Shown one piece after another: positions 58,412 through 64,000 of a stretch of 64,000 nucleotides of DNA; positions within the stretch are counted from its first letter, which is position 1, and every line of letters begins with the position of its first letter. Under the pieces are notes generated by a model. It did not search any database. It was given only the letters and a program-made list of their open reading frames with translations, and was not told the origin of the DNA. The DNA lies in assembly GCA_965222235.1 (NCBI GenBank), contig OZ244939.1:94041-158040 (forward strand). Reading direction: 5' to 3'. The DNA comes from Minisyncoccota bacterium (GTDB taxonomy: Bacteria; Patescibacteriota; Minisyncoccia; Phycocordibacterales; JABAAK01). A program made the position numbers and the translations under genes.

Positions 58412-59874
58412 CCTTGAATTATTCCACGAACAGCTTCCGCTACCCGTGCCTTGTTACGCCTTAGCCCTTGTTATTGAATTTACCTTAGACCCGTATGAAA
58501 CGGGGCGTCGGGTACCCTCAACTTCCTTGACTTGGCGGGCGGTGAGTACAAGACTCGAGAACGTATTCACCGCAGCGTGCTGATCTGCGATTACTAGCGA
58601 TTTCAACTTCATGAGGTCAAATTGCAGACCTCAATCCGGACTGAGACTACTTTTATGAGGATTTGCTCCGGCTTGCGCCTTGGCTTCCCGTTGTAGCAGC
58701 CATTGTATCATGCGTGCAGCCCGAGGCATCGAGGGACATGCGGACCTGGCGTCATCCTCTCCTTCCTCCCTCGTGAGAGGGCAGTCTCGTCTGACAACGT
58801 ATAACAGACGACGAGGGTTGCGTTCGTTACCCCACTTAAGGGAACAGTTCAAACCACGAACTGACGACGGCCATGCATCACCTGCCTACCCGCCCGAAGG
58901 AAATACCCCTTTCAGGGTATCGTCGTGTAGGTTTCTAGCCTCGGTAAGGTTTGTCGCTTAGCATCGAATTAAGCCGCGTGATCCACCGCTTGTGCGAGTC
59001 CCCGTCTATTCCTTTGAGTTTTAAGCTTGCGCTCGTACTACCCAGGCGGCTTGCTTAACGCGTTAGCTTCGCCTCATGAGGGTCAATGCCTCAAAAAGCT
59101 AGCAAGCATCGTTTAGGGCGTGGACTACTGGGGTATCTAATCCCATTCGCTACCCACGCTTTCGTCTCTGAGTGTCAGGAGCAGACCAGTGTGCTGCCTT
59201 CGCATTTGGTGTTCCCCACAGTATCAACGGATTTCACCCCTACTCTGTGAGTTCCACACACCTCTTCTGTCCTCAAGCACTGCCGTTTCGTATGCGGTTT
59301 TCCGGTTGAGCCGGAAGATTTAACATACGACTAACAGCGCCACCTACAGACGCTTTACGCCCAGTGATTCCGGGTAACGCTCGGGGCTTCTGTATTACCG
59401 CTCCTGCTGGCACAGAATTAGGAGCCCCTTATTCATACGGTACCGTCAATAAACTTCTTCCCGTATAAAAGGTGTTTACGCGCCGAAACGCTTCATCCAC
59501 CACGCGGCGTCGCTCCGTCAGGCTTTCGCCCATTGCGGAATATTCTCGACTGCGGCCTCCCGTAGGAGTATGGCCCGTGTCTCAGTGCCATCGGTGGGGG
59601 TCAGGCTCTCACCTCCCCTACGCGTCATAGCCTTGGTACGCCATTACCGTACCAACAAGCTGATGCGAAGCAGGCCCATCCCTAAGCGATAAATCTTTAC
59701 TCCGTAGAGACTATCGGGAATTAGCACATCTTTCGATGCGTTATGCCCGACTTAGGGGTAGATTCCTACCTGTTACTACCTCGTTTGCCACTGGGTCCGA
59801 AGACCCCGTTCGACTTGCATGCCCTATCCACGCCGCCAGCGTTCACCCTGAGCTAGGATCAAACTCTAAAAAAA
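58412..59874 (-). rRNA. rrs: 16S rRNA, no intron, no canonical anti-SD, not followed by 23S (ends approximate)
   Basis: AGAGTTTGATCCTAGCTCAG, ACTCCTACGGGAGGC, GGATTAGATACCC, AAACTCAAAGGAAT, CGTAACAAGG, helix 45 with GGAA loop. Confidence 0.99.
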
Positions 59875-59882
59875 GAAAAACG

Positions 59883-59898
59883 GTCGGAGCAAGAGAAA
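59883..59898. repeat. Leader arm of the 16S processing stem
   Basis: GTCGGAGCAAGAGAAA, complementary to 58285-58300, extending with mismatches. Confidence 0.85.
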
Positions 59899-60005
59899 CA
59901 TGTCATATGTCTCCCCTGCCGTTCCTTACTCTATAGTGTACATAGGTTATGTATATATGTATACATAATAATTGTAAAAGATCATACGCCAACGCGTACT
60001 TAATC

Positions 60006-60035
60006 AGTATACGCTGAAACAGTGCCTTAGGTCAA
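60006..60035 (-). promoter_or_regulatory. Sigma70-type promoter of the 16S gene
   Basis: TTGACC-18 nt-TATACT on the minus strand. Confidence 0.75.
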
Positions 60036-60142
60036 CTGTTTGATAGAATTGTGTGGGGATAAAATCAAAAGACCGCGGGTGTTAGTTGAAGTGTTTCATC
60101 ATATCTTCCGCAGAAGTAAACCCCCAGAGACATCCCTCCCCA

Positions 60143-63100
60143 TCAAAACGCATCCTGTATGAAGCTGGGACGGACGGACGGAAGGACTGCCGGAGGGGTG
60201 AGCAGGACGGAGCCGGTGTCTGAAGTGGGGAAGGTGTAGCCGCGGGGTTCAGCAGGCGGTGTGTACTCTTCTATGACCTCTACGGTCGGGATGATGACCC
60301 TCGGTGTTTCAGGAGGGGTGAGGATGAAGACCGGGGCGGTGCGTCTGGTTACGGCGGGGACGGGGAAACGGATCTCCTGCTGTACAACGGTCGGCGGTGT
60401 TTCTTCCTCCGGGGGTGCCTGCCGTTTGGCGAGGAGTTCCTGAATACGGGCACTGATGACTGCTATCTGCTGTTTGATGGCGGCGATGAGTTTTCGGCGC
60501 ACGGTGTCGGCAACGATGTCCACGGATTCTCCCACCGGTTCAATGACGGGGACGAGGATGCCGGTTTCGCTCTGAGGGTCGGCGGTGTCAGTGTTGAATC
60601 TGAAGAGTCCGATACCTCCGCCTCCTCCTCCGCCGCCACCTCCGCCTCCTCCGCCGCCGCTTCTGACACCGGTGATGGGTACGTGGACGGAGGTGTTCTC
60701 ATCCTCCTTCTGAGCGTTGCCCACGGCATCAACGGCGATGAGATCACATGTTGATGCGTCGTAGGTTTCCTGAGGAATGGTGATGTCATATGTATACCGT
60801 ACATCGTCCTTCTGTGCACTGTCTGTGAATGCCGGCGAACGGGGGAATGCGGCACAGGCTCCTGTGAAGGACAGGTATATCGCCTCATTGCCCTTCATGG
60901 TCGGGTGGTTGTTGCGGTCGACAAATGCCGACACTTTTACTATTGTCCCCTGTGTGCTGATGAGGAACCGTTTCACCGCCGGCGCCGCACTGTCCACAAA
61001 GAAGAGGTAGGAGGTGCTGCCTGCGGTGCTGTTGCCTGCGGGATCTGCAACCGTCGGCAGGGTGATGTTGCGGATACCGGAGGAAGCACCGTCAGGTACC
61101 GCATGATTGATAGTTGCGGGGAAGGTGCTGAGATCATGATTGGTGGTGCCGATGGTTGCTCGCAGCGGGTTTGCCTCACTCACCGCTTTCCCGTTCACCC
61201 ATACCGGGTTAGCGTCTGTCAGGGCAAGATTGACCTGTACCGTGCCGCCGGGTCTCGCCGCATTCTGTTTCGGTGTGACGGTATATATCGGAGCTGTACG
61301 GTCTACGGTGATGGGTGTGTTCGTCACAGGACCGCTGAGAGAGACGGTGAACTCTTCGCCGACGGTGAAGATGCGCGTCAACAGTGCGCTGTTGCCAGCA
61401 GCAGGACTATGGTCCACATCAAAACTCAGGTACTCCCTGTTGAGCCCTTGACGTGCGTCATCAATAGCGGTGGTGAAGGTATCCGCCCCCTTGCGCAGGG
61501 TAATGTCATACCCCGCAAGGACTGCCTTCTCCTCCACGTTGTTGCCGTTTTCATCCGTGATACGGAGGAAAAGGTCAAGATTAGTATTGTCATAATACAA
61601 ATCAGCGAGGGTATATGTTGTGCCGCCTGCCGTGAAGGTGGCGGGGGCGACGGATCCCACCGCCGATATGAGATTTAATCCGTAAAATGTTTCTGCGTAT
61701 ATTCCTTCACCTTCAATGAACTGCCCACTCGCCGCCACTCCGGTATATATTGTCTCCCTTCCCTGCACTACCAGGGTGGTCTCAATGGTGATGGGGTTGC
61801 CTGCTCTGTCGGTCGCGGAAAAGGACAGGGTGCCGGTTCCCTCCTCAGCGGTGTCAGTCAGGGTCAGAATATCACAGCTCAGTGCGTTGTCTGTATCGGT
61901 CATGCAGTTTGTAAATGATTCACCGGCGAAGGTGAGGGTGATGTCTGTGAGTGTTTCGCTTGCGGTGAGAGCACCGAGGGTGAGTGTGTCTCCTTCTGTG
62001 GCATATGCCGGGTTGGTGTTGCCTGAGGTGAGCATGAGGGTGCCGAGGAGTGCCGGGGCGGTGTCGTCAACCGTCACCGTGCCGATCCTGACTACTGAGC
62101 CGTGTGTGCCGGAGCGGTCAATGTCTATGGATGCGTAGAGGTGGAGATCGTCGGTTGTTTCGGGGACGGAGAGTGTGGTGCTGAGTGTACCGGTCCCGTC
62201 GGCTATTGTTGTCAGGGGGGTGATTCCTTCACGTTCCGTGTCACTTAACTGACCGTCGCTGTCTGCGTCAACCGTGCTTTCAACGAGGTAGAAGGCGATC
62301 TCGGCTTCCGGTGCTGACTGAGCGGTGAGTGCGCGGGAGCCTGAACGGACAATGTGGTTCATACCGTCTGAGGTGCCGTCGGTGAATCGGAGGCCTCCCG
62401 CCGTTTCAATGGCGTCTTCGGTGTGTTTCGCCGCCCTGTTCCCCGCCTCGTCAGTGAAGATGAAACAGATGCCGATTGCGGTATCGGCTGGTGTAGCACC
62501 CGTGCCCGGGGTGTAGGCGGTGCCGGTTGTGCCGGTTGAGCAGGATGCCTGTGCGGTGTTGTCCGCCCACAGAGCGGTGGCGGCCTCATCAGCGACTGCA
62601 CGGTAGTCAGATCCTGACTTAATGATGATGATGGTCGGTGCTTCGGTGTCCAGCGTGTAGGGTACCGCCTCGGAGCAGACTCTGTTGCCTGCGGTGTCTT
62701 CCGCACTGCCGTAGAATGTATATGCCCCGTCGGTGTCAAGGGTGTGTGCGGTGATGTCCGTTGCTGTGTCAGATGACCCCAGTGTCACCTCGGTGCCTGC
62801 CTCAACGGAGCAGGTATTGTCGGTGTAAAGACCGATGAGAGCGTTTGTTTCCGTACTCATCGTGAAGACTGGCTCTTCAACATTGCCGGGGGTGCCGGTC
62901 GGTGTCTTCAGCACAAATGCTGTCGTCGGATTACTCACATCAACCGTCACCTGTGTCATGCTGACCGGTGTACTCAATTCACTGTCGCCCAGTGCAGTGT
63001 TGGTGATGTATCCGCGGAGATCAACAGCGGTTGGTTCCTGCGGCGGGGCTATGATGGAGGCGGTGAACTGTCCGCCGACGGTGAAGATATTTTGGAAGAG

Positions 63101-64000
63101 TGACGACATATCACCAGTAGGATAAAAGCCGATATATGGGATTGAGCTAAAGAATGTAGTACCATCGTCAACATTCAGTGTGACGGTGTCGTCCCCCTTG
63201 GTCAACACGAGCGTGTGCCCGGCAAAGACCGTTTTCTCTTTTATGTCAGCACCGTCGGCTGTGTCAATCTGTATATGAAATTCATTTGGAGATTCATTCG
63301 TATTGAAATACAAGTTCTTAATCGTGTAGGCAGTGCCGTCTGCGGTGAATGTTACGGGGCTGATTGATCCGCCGGTGGCAATGATACCACTGGTTACTGA
63401 AGAAAATCCCATGGCTTCCCCTGCATTACCAGATGTCACCGTCCCGGTATATATCGTTGACGTCTCAGAAGCAGCCACCGGTGAACTCAATATTTTTGAA
63501 GTGGTGAACTGTCCGTTCCCGTCGGTGGTGACGGTCTCTTCATATGCGTTATCCCACGATTCACCGGCCTGTTTACCCTGCACCCGCACGGTTGAGTCCG
63601 GCAGCGTCATACCCGCATAACGGGGGTTTGGATTGTTGGTGATACTGTCTGTTTCGCTTCTGCCGGCATCGTCTTCGGTGAGCACACCGCTGTCGGTGAT
63701 GAGATCGGTTGCCTCATTCTTCACATGCACGGCGGAGCGGTTGCCGTAGCCGTCAGTCGCCATGACACAGGCATTGATGTTGTTGGTGCGCTGCACGATT
63801 GACAGAGGCGTGTAGTCAACGCCCGCATCAACAGGAACACAGGTGCCGCTGTTGGGATAGTCAAACTGTTTATAGGGCTCGGCGATCGGTCCGTCGTTAC
63901 GCGAGACCGCCGTCACCAGATAGGTGTCGCCTGACACCGATCCCCTGAGAGAGAGAGTGAATTGCGTGTCGGCGGTGGAGAAGAAATTATGAAACAAAAA
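60143..64000 (-). CDS. Very large Thr-rich surface protein with Ig-like repeats, poly-Gly linker and C-terminal coiled coil; probably starts beyond the window
   Basis: Repeated DxAGN and DxTAP motifs, Gly15 tract, LIAAIKQQIAVISARIQELL; ORF open to the window edge. Confidence 0.85.
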   Translation of the reverse strand, partial: FLFHNFFSTADTQFTLSLRGSVSGDTYLVTAVSRNDGPIAEPYKQFDYPNSGTCVPVDAGVDYTPLSIVQRTNNINACVMATDGYGNRSAVHVKNEATDLITDSGVLTEDDAGRSETDSITNNPNPRYAGMTLPDSTVRVQGKQAGESWDNAYEETVTTDGNGQFTTSKILSSPVAASETSTIYTGTVTSGNAGEAMGFSSVTSGIIATGGSISPVTFTADGTAYTIKNLYFNTNESPNEFHIQIDTADGADIKEKTVFAGHTLVLTKGDDTVTLNVDDGTTFFSSIPYIGFYPTGDMSSLFQNIFTVGGQFTASIIAPPQEPTAVDLRGYITNTALGDSELSTPVSMTQVTVDVSNPTTAFVLKTPTGTPGNVEEPVFTMSTETNALIGLYTDNTCSVEAGTEVTLGSSDTATDITAHTLDTDGAYTFYGSAEDTAGNRVCSEAVPYTLDTEAPTIIIIKSGSDYRAVADEAATALWADNTAQASCSTGTTGTAYTPGTGATPADTAIGICFIFTDEAGNRAAKHTEDAIETAGGLRFTDGTSDGMNHIVRSGSRALTAQSAPEAEIAFYLVESTVDADSDGQLSDTEREGITPLTTIADGTGTLSTTLSVPETTDDLHLYASIDIDRSGTHGSVVRIGTVTVDDTAPALLGTLMLTSGNTNPAYATEGDTLTLGALTASETLTDITLTFAGESFTNCMTDTDNALSCDILTLTDTAEEGTGTLSFSATDRAGNPITIETTLVVQGRETIYTGVAASGQFIEGEGIYAETFYGLNLISAVGSVAPATFTAGGTTYTLADLYYDNTNLDLFLRITDENGNNVEEKAVLAGYDITLRKGADTFTTAIDDARQGLNREYLSFDVDHSPAAGNSALLTRIFTVGEEFTVSLSGPVTNTPITVDRTAPIYTVTPKQNAARPGGTVQVNLALTDANPVWVNGKAVSEANPLRATIGTTNHDLSTFPATINHAVPDGASSGIRNITLPTVADPAGNSTAGSTSYLFFVDSAAPAVKRFLISTQGTIVKVSAFVDRNNHPTMKGNEAIYLSFTGACAAFPRSPAFTDSAQKDDVRYTYDITIPQETYDASTCDLIAVDAVGNAQKEDENTSVHVPITGVRSGGGGGGGGGGGGGGGIGLFRFNTDTADPQSETGILVPVIEPVGESVDIVADTVRRKLIAAIKQQIAVISARIQELLAKRQAPPEEETPPTVVQQEIRFPVPAVTRRTAPVFILTPPETPRVIIPTVEVIEEYTPPAEPRGYTFPTSDTGSVLLTPPAVLPSVRPSFIQDAF

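Noticed and set aside
58412-59874. Intron or insertion in 16S
   Set aside because: Length is about 1,460 nt and the conserved motifs are colinear
60615-60660. Phase-variable simple repeat
   Set aside because: Mixed GGC/GGA/GGT codons encode an in-frame poly-Gly linker
202-63620. Numerous short antisense and overlapping ORFs in the track
   Set aside because: Shadows of well-supported genes or RNAs, with no motifs or start signals

Overview
Chromosomal window of a Patescibacteria (CPR; Parcubacteria-like) bacterium using genetic code 11. The assignment rests on a divergent 16S rRNA without an anti-Shine-Dalgarno tail, short ProS/PheS/EF-Ts, two MreB paralogues, a tandem-domain ThyX and lamin-tail surface proteins. 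The backbone is housekeeping: proS, tyrS, lepA, rplU, murF, rmuC, mraZ-rsmH-ftsI, greA, mreBC-mrdA, frr, topA, relA/spoT, parB, miaA, pheST, tsf, rpsB, 8 tRNAs and a stand-alone 16S gene. Three AT-rich accessory islands lie at the 3' ends of tRNA-Phe, tRNA-Ser and tRNA-Asn, with no integrase in the window. Strongest observations: (1) an apparently intact NlpC/P60 cysteine-peptidase domain inserted in frame inside the B5 domain of PheT; (2) a KAP NTPase gene split by an exact 1,928-bp inversion whose N- and C-terminal pieces can be rejoined in frame; (3) a Rickettsia-17-kDa-antigen-like lipoprotein cassette bracketed by ~40-bp inverted repeats; (4) a 91-bp tandem array with internal dyads directly upstream of a wHTH-phosphoribosyltransferase gene; (5) a rewired 16S decoding site and 3' tail, matched by many near-leaderless genes. 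All protein-family calls come from motif recognition by eye; no database search was run.
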